Below, one piece after another: positions 47,650-58,666 of a stretch of DNA of 64,000 bases; position 1 is the first letter of the stretch, and every line of letters begins with the position of its first letter. The notes below the pieces were generated by a model. It was given only the letters and a program-made list of their open reading frames with translations. It was not told where the DNA came from and ran no database searches. The translations under genes were made by a program, and so were the position numbers. This stretch comes from an uncultured delta proteobacterium (GTDB lineage Bacteria > Desulfobacterota > Binatia > Binatales > Binataceae): contig CAWJET010000002.1 in assembly GCA_963842085.1 (NCBI GenBank), forward strand, positions 1,472,001 to 1,536,000. The letters run 5' to 3'.

Positions 47650-48087
47650 ATGGGAACAAAGGTTTCGTCAGTCCTGAAGCACAAAGGTCATGATGTCGTC
47701 ACCGTCGCACCGCAGCAGACCGTCGCCTGGGTAGTCAAGGTGCTCACCCAAAATCGAATCGGGGCCGTGCCGGTGATCAACGAACAAGGTCAACTCATAG
47801 GGATCATTTCCGAGCGCGACATCATCCGCGGGATGTCGGAGTACGCGGACGCGGTGCTGGCACTGCCGGCCGACCGATTGATGACCCGTGACGTTAAGAC
47901 TTGTTCGTCCGAGGACCAACTCATCGATATCATGGAGGTGATGACGCGGCAGCGTATCCGGCATTTGCCAGTCATTCAGAATGGAGCACTCCATGGAATC
48001 GTCAGCATCGGCGATGTCGTGAAACAGCGTCTCGAGGAGGTCCAGTCCGAAGCGGAAGAACTCCGAAGGTATATTCGCTCGCCGTAG
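47650..48087 (+). CDS. CBS-pair protein, copy 2
   Basis: Close paralogue of copy 1 with canonical ELRRYI end. Confidence 0.92.
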   Translation: MGTKVSSVLKHKGHDVVTVAPQQTVAWVVKVLTQNRIGAVPVINEQGQLIGIISERDIIRGMSEYADAVLALPADRLMTRDVKTCSSEDQLIDIMEVMTRQRIRHLPVIQNGALHGIVSIGDVVKQRLEEVQSEAEELRRYIRSP

Positions 48088-48113
48088 TGGCAAGAAACCG
48101 GACTCGCCCACTC

Positions 48114-49301
48114 TTAGCCGAGCCAGATCACGCTGCTTAGGAGAACGCGCACTAACGTCGTCTGACGAGTTACGCCGATTTTCGAGAATATCGAGCGCAG
48201 GTGTGCCCGGGCTGTGTTCTTGCGGATGTTGAGTCCGTCGGCGGCCTCGTCGAGCGTGAGGCCGTTGGCGAGCGCCAGCACGAGCGAAGCTTCCGCCGGC
48301 GTGAGGTCGAACAATCGGCGCACCATCTCGCGGGAAGCGTCGGGCTTGCGCTCGGCGTCGCGGATGAAAAGCGCAACCGACGGCCGGCGCTTCGCTTTCG
48401 ACGAACCGGTATTGGGCAGGCTGCGGACCAGCACACCGAGCTTGCCGCGCGCCGATTTGCGGGTGATCGAGATCGCGTCGACGACGGCCGGCTTGCCGCC
48501 GGTCTCTCCGCTGAGCGCCTGTTTCACGAGGCGCTGCAGCTCGCGATCCTCCGCGGGTGCGTCGGCGCGCAGTACGCCGTTGACGAGACGCAGGCCGCCC
48601 TCTTTGCGCAGCATTTCATCGGCGACCAAGTTGCTCTTCAGGACCGCGCCGGTCTCGTCGAGCGTTACGGTGCCGACCAGCATGCGATCGACCGTGCCCG
48701 CATAAAGGCGGCGCTCGGAATCTATCAGCTCGAGTTGCGAATGCAGACGCACAGCGCGCTTGAGATGCGGCAGGACAACGGTGCATAGCGCCTTGTCGTT
48801 CTCGGAAAATGGCGGCTCGCGATGCGGACGGGCGACGCGCAGGCGGCATTCGAGGCCGTCTTCGGTGCGGATGTCCGCGCCAAGAGCATGCAGGATGTCG
48901 AGCGGCTTCAGGAACTGCTTGTAGAACTCGCTATCGCGCCAGTTCGCGTCGCCGATCAATTCGTTCACGGTGACGACGCGGTCGGGCGGCAGATCGACGA
49001 AGGGATCGAGCGCGTAGTAGTGCTTGTTGTATTCGGCTTCGCGAGTGATAGGCCAATCGCCGGCCGAGTTCACCATCAGCGCCTCGCGGTCGGCCGAGGG
49101 CGGCCGCAGCATCAGCGTGACGTAGCTGGCGCGCAGATGACGCCGGAGCAAATCGAGCGCGCGATTCCACGGCACCGCTTCGAGCGGACCCTCGTAGATC
49201 GCAGCGAGCAGATCGCTGAGCTCTGCCAGCGACAGTGAGACTGAGTCGTAGGCAGGCGAATCGCTCCGCGCCCGCCGAGCCGCCTTGCGCATCCTCTTCA
49301 T
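48114..49301 (-). CDS. LuxR-family regulator with C-terminal HTH (possibly TesR/TeiR-like)
   Basis: LTPAEASLVLALANGLTLDEAA..NTARAHLRSIFSKIGVTRQ; lies directly downstream of the kshA-like gene. Confidence 0.82.
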   Translation of the reverse strand: MKRMRKAARRARSDSPAYDSVSLSLAELSDLLAAIYEGPLEAVPWNRALDLLRRHLRASYVTLMLRPPSADREALMVNSAGDWPITREAEYNKHYYALDPFVDLPPDRVVTVNELIGDANWRDSEFYKQFLKPLDILHALGADIRTEDGLECRLRVARPHREPPFSENDKALCTVVLPHLKRAVRLHSQLELIDSERRLYAGTVDRMLVGTVTLDETGAVLKSNLVADEMLRKEGGLRLVNGVLRADAPAEDRELQRLVKQALSGETGGKPAVVDAISITRKSARGKLGVLVRSLPNTGSSKAKRRPSVALFIRDAERKPDASREMVRRLFDLTPAEASLVLALANGLTLDEAADGLNIRKNTARAHLRSIFSKIGVTRQTTLVRVLLSSVIWLG

Positions 49302-49383
49302 CTACGCCAAGGCGTCGATTACTGCGATAGGCGGATGAGGTCCCCGCTGGCGGAGACGGAATCCTGAATCGCGCGCCTCGCGG

Positions 49384-50454
49384 CTAGTCTTCGAAGACGT
49401 GATGGGGGAGTGGCGGATTGGACAGGCCGGCGTTCAACTCGATGACCTGGCGCTTGCGCACTTCCTCGGGGACTTCGGCCGCATCAAGGTAGAATTGGCG
49501 ATACCATTCGCGCAGTTGATAAATCGGCCCGTCGCCCTCGCACAGCAGCGGATTGTCGATGCGGACCTTGTTATCCCAGATTGCGACGTCCTGGTAGAAG
49601 CCCTGCTGAATTCCCTTGATGTAGGCGGCGACGATCTGGCGCGACATCTCGTCGCTCAGCCCTTCCATCTTTCGCACTATCATCCCGAAGCGAAGATCGA
49701 AGCACTTCAGATGAATGGGAACGTGGCAGTTGAGCAGGATGGAATCGATCGGAAAGCCGCCCATCTCGCCTTTCATCTCGGTGATCTGATAAGCGGGCCC
49801 GAAGTAGGTCGCGCAGGTCGCCAGGCTACCCTGATTTCCCTGCGTCCCCTTGCCTACCATTATCTGCGTCGCCTTGTGACCCTGGAATATGTTGGCGAAG
49901 TAGTCGACCGGCGCGCCGTGGACGACCGGGAAGTGCGCCATGTCGGCGACGTTGTCGATCAACTCGCGGCAGTTGGTGTTGATGGTCCACTTCTCGATCA
50001 CCCAGTCGCTCCACTTGTCGGAGAAGCATGCGTCGATGCGCGGGATCGAGACCTCGGGCGGCGGCGGATTGTTTTCCGGATCATTCCAGACGAACAGCAG
50101 CTTGTTCTGCTCGCATGTCGACCACGACTTCACCCGCGCCTTGGGCGGGATACGTTTTGAGTAGGGTATGTTGTTGCACTTACCGTCTGCGCCCCAGCTC
50201 CAGTTATGAAACGGGCAGACAACTGAGTTGCCGCGCACTTCACCGCGGCTTAGGTCGGCGCCCATGTGCGGGCAATAACTGTCGAGAGTGTGAACCTAGT
50301 CGTCATCACCCAGATATGCAACGAGGCGGCTGCCGAAAGCGTTGACGGTGTGCGGCTTGCCATCCTTGTAGTCCGCGGCGAGTCCAAGGCAGTGCCATCC
50401 GCGAGCGTAACGATCCGCGATCGGCGATGCCCCAATCATATGTGTCAGCGCCAT
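49384..50454 (-). pseudogene. kshA: 3-ketosteroid 9-alpha-hydroxylase oxygenase with an in-frame amber stop
   Basis: RYARGWHCLG..DGKPH; TAG at 50296-50298; then YCPHMGADL..CPFH Rieske motif and DNVADMAHF..VH in the same frame. Confidence 0.82.
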
Positions 50455-50580
50455 GCCCCGGACCTCCGCCATGTAGCGGCTGTCTATGCTGGCAGTCCGA
50501 TCGACATGCGGCATCGTCTCTTTGGACGATAGCGATCATCGCGCCTTTCCGGGATTGTGTGAGGCTCGGAGGAAACTTCG

Positions 50581-50988
50581 ATGCCATCCGTGACAGGCGG
50601 CTGCGCGTGCGGCGCGGTCCGATACGAATGCTCGGCCGATCCAATCATGGCCGCCAACTGTTATTGCCGAGACTGCCAGCACTCGACGGGCACCGCGATG
50701 GCGTCGGTGCTGTTGGTTCCGAAGGCCGCACTGAAGCTCAGCGGAGAGCTCAAGCAACACGAAGTTACCGGCGATAGCGGGAACAAGGTCAGCCGCGGAT
50801 TTTGCCCGAATTGCGGCTCACCGATCCTTTCGATTCTCCCAGCGATGGCGGACTTCGTCGCGTTGAAGGCGGGCAGCCTCGACGATCCCTCGCAGTTCAA
50901 GCCGATGATGCAGGTATATATGAAGAGTGCCCCGCCGTGGGCTCCGGTCCGCGACGATCTGCCTAAGTTCGACAAGCAACCCGGCTGA
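50581..50988 (+). CDS. GFA/CENP-V family zinc-binding protein
   Basis: GGCACGAVRY, CYCRDCQ, FCPNCGS. Confidence 0.9.
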   Translation: MPSVTGGCACGAVRYECSADPIMAANCYCRDCQHSTGTAMASVLLVPKAALKLSGELKQHEVTGDSGNKVSRGFCPNCGSPILSILPAMADFVALKAGSLDDPSQFKPMMQVYMKSAPPWAPVRDDLPKFDKQPG

Positions 50989-51114
50989 AACTTCGAAAGC
51001 GTTGCGTGAGAGCGGCGGTGAATGGTGCGACGCGCGACCCACTGGTCCACGCGCATCGCCTCGCCCTTTCTCCGCTGAAAGGCTCACGAGCCGGCATCTG
51101 CATGCCGGTGGATT

Positions 51115-52059
51115 TCAACCGTGATGGTCGATTCCGAAGAGCGCCCTGCGAATCGTGGGAAAGAGCCGGCGCTCCTCGTCATCGATTGCATCGTCCAGGT
51201 TGACCGCGAGGCCACTCAACGCTCGTCCCACCTCGCGCGCCTGCGAATCAGTCAGCCGTTCCGCCTCCGCACTGGCCAACGCGCCTACGAGCGTTCGCAG
51301 TCGATCGTGGTATGCGCGGACCTTTCGCCCTGCTTCCGGCGAGAGTCTGCCTTGCTGCTCCAGCCACGGCAGCATCTGGTTGTCTTCGGCACTAAGGTGC
51401 CGGGACAGGATTGGTTCGATCGCCGCCCAAATCCGTGCAGCATCGCGTCTAAGCTCCGGCGACTCCGGATTGCGCGCCAGGCGCAGGCCTGCGAGCGCCG
51501 CATCGAGCAGGCGCGATCTTAGCTGAGAGTCTTCGCGATTGAGTTCCACTGACAGGCGGCGGATTCCCGGGTCAATATGCGCTCGACTCTCGGCGCTCGG
51601 TTCTTCAGGGATTATCTCGGATTTGCCACCTCTTGAATGAGTGGTCTGCCCGTCGGCCTGCTGCGCCCGCAAAAACGATTGCAGCACCTGCCCAAACCGT
51701 TCGGGCGACAATGGCCTGGAGACGTAGTAGTGGGCGCCATTCGCACGCGCCCGTTTCTCGTTGCCATCGCTTTGACTGCCGGCGACGTAGAGCAGCGAGA
51801 CGCCTGAGAAATGTTTGCGAATCTGCGCAAGCAGCCGTTCACGGTCATTCTCATCAACAGCCTGATCGTCGACTATAGCGAGGCGCACATTTGGCTGAGC
51901 GAGCGCCTCGCGAGTCATGTAACGATCAGAGCCCTGCCGAACCAGTTTCCAGGGCCGCTTGACGACCCCGCGCACGAGGTCCACCAACGGCTCGTCATCA
52001 GAGAGCAGCAGCACGCTGGGCGCGAGTCGCACATCTTTCAAATCGGTGTTCACCTTCAA
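51115..52059 (-). CDS. Atypical receiver domain fused to a degenerate hemerythrin-like domain
   Basis: LLLSDD..AIVDD..GAHYYVSRP; HLSAED..LP, H, DEERRLFP. Confidence 0.65.
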   Translation of the reverse strand: MKVNTDLKDVRLAPSVLLLSDDEPLVDLVRGVVKRPWKLVRQGSDRYMTREALAQPNVRLAIVDDQAVDENDRERLLAQIRKHFSGVSLLYVAGSQSDGNEKRARANGAHYYVSRPLSPERFGQVLQSFLRAQQADGQTTHSRGGKSEIIPEEPSAESRAHIDPGIRRLSVELNREDSQLRSRLLDAALAGLRLARNPESPELRRDAARIWAAIEPILSRHLSAEDNQMLPWLEQQGRLSPEAGRKVRAYHDRLRTLVGALASAEAERLTDSQAREVGRALSGLAVNLDDAIDDEERRLFPTIRRALFGIDHHG

Positions 52060-52131
52060 TCGAGCCGTTCCTTGGCTGCATCGTCTTCACCAAAGGTGTG
52101 ATCCCGTTCAAGCAGCCTTGTCGGATGTCAG

Positions 52132-52148
52132 AGCAGCAAACGTGCCAA
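52132..52148 (-). promoter_or_regulatory. Candidate sigma-54 promoter of the receiver-hemerythrin gene
   Basis: Minus strand TTGGCACGTTTGCTGCT, GG-N10-GC. Confidence 0.65.
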
Positions 52149-52376
52149 ACCTGCAGCCGCAGGGCATCGCCCAGTAAAACTGGCTTGAGCAGGCTTCGGA
52201 GAACACACGACCGCGCCTAACCCGGCCTATAGCAAACGCCCGGGCCGCAGTTGCGGACCCCTCTGTGTGTCTCCTTTAGGCCTCGACGAGCAGTCTCATT
52301 GGTGCTTTAGGACACAATCGCCCGAGCTCCGAAACCCCGGACATGAAATTTATCGCATTTGTTGGTCGTGTCGCTT

Positions 52377-52393
52377 ATGGCACAGGTGATGCT
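52377..52393 (+). promoter_or_regulatory. Candidate sigma-54 promoter of the pcm-ere unit
   Basis: ATGGCACAGGTGATGCT, GG-N10-GC, about 40 nt before ATG 52433. Confidence 0.65.
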
Positions 52394-52432
52394 TTTCCCC
52401 TGGGTATCCCGCAACTTTGGGAGGACCCGGTC

Positions 52433-54425
52433 ATGCTTGACCTGACAAACGAACGCCTTCGGATGGTCAGAGATCAAATTGCTGCTCGCGGAGTGCGCAA
52501 CGCTGCGGTGCTCGAGGCCATGCGACGCGTCCCGCGCGAGGCTTTCCTCCCCGATGAACTCGCCGAATTCGCTTACCAGGATACGCCCCTGCCGATCGCG
52601 GCCGGCCAGACCATTTCGCAGCCGTACATAGTCGCGCTCATGATCGAGAGCGTTGTGCCGCGCGCGGGCGATCGCGCCCTGGAGATCGGGACCGGCTCCG
52701 GATATGCGGCAGCCGTGCTTTCCGAAGTGGTGAGCGAGGTCTACACCATCGAGCGGCACGAGCAACTGGCCAAGCTGGCAACGAGACGCTTGGACACTCT
52801 GGGTTACTCGAAAGTCAAGGTTCTTCACGGCGACGGCACTCTGGGCTGGCCCGAGCATGCTCCGTACGACGTGATCATAGTGACTGCCGGCGGTCCGCAG
52901 GTGCCCAAGTCGTTGCTCGAACAACTGGCGATTGGCGGCCGGCTCATCATACCGGTGGGCGAGACCTCACGACTGCAACGCCTGGTTCGAGTCACCCGGA
53001 CCAGCCAGGACCAGTTCGATGACGAAGACCTGGGCGAAGTTCAATTCGTTCCATTGATTGGAGCAGAGGGATGGGACTCGGGCGTCGCCAGACGCGAGCG
53101 CCCGTCCACTCAACGCAGCCGTCCCGGGACGATCGCCAAGCTGATCCGCGAGACTGCCGCGCCCATCGCTGACATCGAGCAGACCGAACATCGACGGGTT
53201 GATGGAGCGGATCGGCGATGCGCGGGTCGTCCTGCTGGGCGAGGCAACTCACGGGACCTCGGAGTTCTACCGGATGCGTGCCCGAATCACCAAGGAACTG
53301 ATCTTGCGGCACGGTTTCAACTTCGTCGCGGTCGAGGCGGATTGGCCCGATGCCGCGCGAATCAACCAATACGTGCGCCATGCTCCGGCGCGGCAGGAAC
53401 AATGGAAGGCCTTCTCCCGGTTCCCGACCTGGATGTGGCGAAACCATGAGGCATTGGAACTGGTTGAGTGGCTGCGCGCCTGGAACGCGGAGACGCGGGA
53501 TCCCGAGCGGCGCGCGAGTTTCCACGGCCTGGACCTATATAGCCTGTTCACCTCGATCAATGCGGTTATCACCTATCTTAGCGGCGTCGATCCGGCGATG
53601 GCCGACGTCGCGCGGCGGCGGTACGCATGCCTTAGCCCTTGGGAACATGATCCCGCGGTTTACGGGCAAGCGGTTCTCAGCGGGCGCTATCGCGACTGCG
53701 AAGGCCCCGTTGTGGCGATGCTGAGCGACATGCTGAATCGGCGGATCGAATACTCCCAGCGCGATGGTGATCGCTTTTTCGACGCCGCGCAGAACGCGCG
53801 CCTGGTGGCTGCGGCGGAGCGCTATTACCGGGTGATGTATTACGGGTCCGTCGAGTCATGGAACCTGCGCGATCAGCACATGTTTGACACGCTCGAGCGT
53901 CTGCTGGATTTCCATGGTCCCGGCAGCAAGGGCATCGTCTGGGAGCACAACTCCCACGTTGGCGACGCAGCGGCTACCGAGATGGGCGCACGCGGCGAGC
54001 TTAACGTCGGACAATTATCCCGCGCACGATTTGCCGAGTCGGCATTCCTGGTCGGCTTCGGCACCGATCACGGCACCGTCGCGGCAGCGTCGAACTGGGA
54101 CGGACCGATGGAGATCAAACACGTACGGCCGTCTCACGAAGCTAGCTATGAACGGCTATGCCACGACTCCGAGGTCAAGGCTTTCATGTTGCATTTCAGA
54201 GACCCGGTGCGACAGGCGGTGCGCGACGAACTGGAAGCCGCGCGTCTCGAACGCGCAATCGGCGTCATCTATCGACCCGAATCCGAACTCCAGAGCCATT
54301 ATTTCCAGGCTTGCTTGCCCCGACAGTTCGACGAGTACATCTGGTTCGATGAAACCCGCGCGGTCTCGCCTCTTCCATCGGTCGCAGCACCTGGCGTCCC
54401 GGAGACTTATCCGTTCGGCGTTTGA
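52433..54425 (+). pseudogene. pcm: Protein-L-isoaspartate O-methyltransferase / erythromycin-esterase-family fusion split by one extra base
   Basis: GQTISQPY, LEIGTGSGY, APYDVI; frame change at 53183-53186; LLGEATHGT, VEADWPD, WEHNSH, ERAIGVIY. Span is 1993 nt (3n+1). Confidence 0.8.
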
Positions 54426-54445
54426 CTCTCCACGAGCGCTGCCGA

Positions 54446-55360
54446 ATGAAGAACGAAATGACCGCGCATGTCAGAAAGGTATTGAGCAAGCTCGACTGGA
54501 TGCGCGAACATCGCATCTGGCCCAACGGCATGCGATACCTGTGGACCGACGCTTTCGGCGTCGTTCTGCTGGTTTCGCTCTACCACGAACTCAAGCAGAA
54601 AAAGTTCCTGGATGAAGCTCAGCGGGTCGTCGCGGACGTCGAGCGCGTGCTCCGACGCCGGCGCGGTTTTCGAATCGGGCAAGCTGCGGATCGCGATGGC
54701 CAGTATTTTCACTATCTGGCGATGTGGGTGTTCGCGCTAACGCGCCTGGGCAGGGTAATTCCTGAATATCGCGCGAAAGCGCTTCAACTGGTGAAGGACA
54801 TCCAACCGGCTTTCCTGATTCCCGGCCGCGGCGTCCACTGGAAAATGCTCGAAGATTTAAGCGCTCCCTACCCCGGTTTCGGACTCGGTTCGCTCGATCC
54901 GTTCCATGGATACGTCGTTTATCGGCTGCTTGATGAAGATGCGCTCGCAGACGAAATCCGGCAGATGAAAACCATCGTCGAACGAAGCTACGAAAACCTA
55001 ATAATCAACCAGGACCTGGGCCTCGGGATGATGCTATGGATGACGTCCTTCTTTCCGGAAGAACGTTGGGCACGAGTTCAGCGCGAGCGGAGTCTCGCGA
55101 TACTCGACCAAATGTGGATTGAGCCGCCGGGCTATTTCTGCCGTGAACTGGGAGCGCCTTCGGTCAAATTTGCGTTCACCAACTTCGGCGTCTCTCTCGG
55201 CCTGCAGGCCGCCGAGGCGTGGCCGGAGCGCGTCGCGCGATTGAACTCGTTTTTCGAAACCTACCGATCAGGAGACGAATACGATACTGAGGCGATCACG
55301 CACGTGATGGCATGCGTCTCGTCCTTTCCGGGCGAGTTCATCCCTGCACCGAAAAGTTAG
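54446..55360 (+). CDS. Uncharacterised protein, possibly alpha/alpha-toroid
   Basis: Long helical ORF with motif-like RYLWTDAF and DRDGQYFHYL; starts 20 nt after the esterase stop. Confidence 0.7.
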   Translation: MKNEMTAHVRKVLSKLDWMREHRIWPNGMRYLWTDAFGVVLLVSLYHELKQKKFLDEAQRVVADVERVLRRRRGFRIGQAADRDGQYFHYLAMWVFALTRLGRVIPEYRAKALQLVKDIQPAFLIPGRGVHWKMLEDLSAPYPGFGLGSLDPFHGYVVYRLLDEDALADEIRQMKTIVERSYENLIINQDLGLGMMLWMTSFFPEERWARVQRERSLAILDQMWIEPPGYFCRELGAPSVKFAFTNFGVSLGLQAAEAWPERVARLNSFFETYRSGDEYDTEAITHVMACVSSFPGEFIPAPKS

Positions 55361-55456
55361 CGCCCACAAGAGCTTGGGGCGAGATCAAATGGGCGACGCG
55401 GCCTGCTGAACGTGCGACAATCTCGAAGACGAGCAGGTCCTCAGTCTGCGGCGTAA

Positions 55457-56950
<1,494 letters not shown>

Positions 56951-56954
56951 TTCG

Positions 56955-57377
56955 GTGAGGCTGATCGTCACAACACCCACCGCGATCGCGGTCAATGAAG
57001 ATTCCGTTGGCTACGTTCGCGCAGAAGATCAAAGCGGCGCCTTTGGGATCGAATCCGGCCATGCGGAATTTCTCACCACCCTTTCGATCTGCGTCGTGAG
57101 ATGGCGCAACGGCGCAAGCGATCACTACGTCGCCGTGCGCGGCGGAGTGCTGCGGGTACGCGAAGGCAAGGTCGTGGAGATAGCTACCCGCGAGGCGGTC
57201 GTCAGCGATGACCTCGAACATTTGCGCCGCGAGATCCTCACCTCTATGGCGCAGAAGGTCGAGGCCGAACGCTCGGCCCGAGCGGGAGCCCTCGGCCTGG
57301 AACAGGCCGCAATTCGGCAAATCTATCGCTACCTGCGGCCGGCGGATCGGCCGTTGAAAGCCGAGCAGATGAAATAA
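56955..57377 (+). CDS. atpC: N-ATPase epsilon subunit
   Basis: LIVTTP, SGAFGIESGHAEF, VRGGVL. Confidence 0.88.
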   Translation: MRLIVTTPTAIAVNEDSVGYVRAEDQSGAFGIESGHAEFLTTLSICVVRWRNGASDHYVAVRGGVLRVREGKVVEIATREAVVSDDLEHLRREILTSMAQKVEAERSARAGALGLEQAAIRQIYRYLRPADRPLKAEQMK

Positions 57378-57392
57378 CCGCGCGGGCTAATC

Positions 57393-57701
57393 GTGGCAAC
57401 CGGGCAAGGACACGACGATCGCGAGTTGAGGACCGACGAACGCGAAATGGAAGAAGCCGTTAAGCGGGCGAATAGCCTGCGCGAGCACTGGCTGAGGACC
57501 GGAGAATGGCCGATGGGCCGCGCGCTCGCGATGATGGGCCGCTTCGGGTGGACGATCGTCGCGCCGATTCTCATCGGGGCCTTCGTGGGACGATGGCTCG
57601 ATCGCACCTTCGATAGCGGCGTGTTCTGGAGCGCGGCGCTGGTCTTTCTTGGCGCCGCATTCGGCTACTGGGCGGTTTGGAAAAGGATGAACAACGAATG
57701 A
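57393..57701 (+). CDS. atpQ: N-ATPase AtpQ (AtpZ/gene-1 family)
   Basis: GRFGWTIVAPILIGAFVGRWLD; position in operon. Confidence 0.85.
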   Translation: MATGQGHDDRELRTDEREMEEAVKRANSLREHWLRTGEWPMGRALAMMGRFGWTIVAPILIGAFVGRWLDRTFDSGVFWSAALVFLGAAFGYWAVWKRMNNE

Positions 57702-57985
57702 TCGAAATAGTCGCCCTGCGTATAGTGCCTTATGCGGCGGTTGGCGCTTTGATCGGCGCGGCTTATTTCGCCGCGCTCGGATGGAACGTCCAGCTTTACG
57801 CTGAGAATGGAGCCGGATGGAACGCGTTGCTGCTGCACCTCGCGCGCGTTGTCGTCGCCGTCGCGGCCTTCACGCTCTGCGCCAGGCAGGGCGCCGCCCC
57901 CTTGCTCGCGAGCTTCGGCGGGTTCCTCATCATCCGGACGATCTCAGTCAATCGCTACCGGCTCGCGCTCGAGAGGCAGCCATGA
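57698..57985 (+). CDS. atpR: N-ATPase AtpR
   Basis: Three TM, YFAALGW, membrane Arg residues (LARV, GFLIIR); position in operon. Confidence 0.8.
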   Translation: MIEIVALRIVPYAAVGALIGAAYFAALGWNVQLYAENGAGWNALLLHLARVVVAVAAFTLCARQGAAPLLASFGGFLIIRTISVNRYRLALERQP

Positions 57986-58650
57986 GCCATTCGCCGCTCG
58001 AGAACGTCATCCTGTTTCACATCAGCATGGTTCCTGTCAGCCGCACCGTCGTAACCACCTGGGGGTTGATAGCGGCGCTGACCGTCGCAAGCTGGCTCGT
58101 CACGCGGAGGTTTCGCGTTGACGCCGGTGGATGGCAGGCGATGATCGAAACGGTTGTACTCGGAATCGAAGAGCAGATAGCCGCGCTGCTGAACCGCGAC
58201 GCGGCCCCGTTCTTGCCGCTGCTCGGAACGCTGTTCATCTTTCTGGTAGTAGCTAACCTTTGCGGCCTCGTGCCCGGAGTCAGGGCGCCGACCGCGTCGA
58301 TCGAAACCCCGGCCGCGCTCGCAGTGATAGTTTTCCTGTCCGTGCACTTCTACGGCGTACGCATTCAAGGGCTCGGCGCGTACTTGAAAGGTTATCTCAG
58401 GCCGAATCCGGTTATGCTGCCGTTCAATATCCTGTCCGAGCTGACGCGATCGTTTTCGCTGGCGATGCGCCTGTTCGGGAATATCATGAGCGAGGAGCTG
58501 GTGGTTGCGATCGTTCTGGCGCTGGCGGGTTTGCTGGTGCCGATTCCGTTCATGGCGTTCGGAATTCTGGTGGGCCTGGTGCAGGCCTACATATTCAGCG
58601 TCCTGGCCGCCGTCTATATCGGCGGCGGCATCGGAGCAATCGAGAAATGA
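57982..58650 (+). CDS. atpB: N-ATPase a subunit
   Basis: LFIFLVVANL, PTA, RSFSLAMRLFGNI, QAYIF. Confidence 0.93.
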   Translation: MSHSPLENVILFHISMVPVSRTVVTTWGLIAALTVASWLVTRRFRVDAGGWQAMIETVVLGIEEQIAALLNRDAAPFLPLLGTLFIFLVVANLCGLVPGVRAPTASIETPAALAVIVFLSVHFYGVRIQGLGAYLKGYLRPNPVMLPFNILSELTRSFSLAMRLFGNIMSEELVVAIVLALAGLLVPIPFMAFGILVGLVQAYIFSVLAAVYIGGGIGAIEK

Positions 58651-58666
58651 TGGAGGACGAAAGTAG

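Noticed and set aside
50296-50298. Pyrrolysine or programmed readthrough in kshA
   Set aside because: No pyl genes in the window, TAG is a normal stop for many genes here, and neighbouring pathway genes are also broken
52097-52112. CRP/FNR-like box TGTGA-N6-TCAAG
   Set aside because: A single imperfect match downstream of the candidate promoter; too weak without a matrix score
53199-54425. Macrolide resistance gene
   Set aside because: An Ere-family fold in a Pcm fusion context does not establish erythromycin hydrolysis
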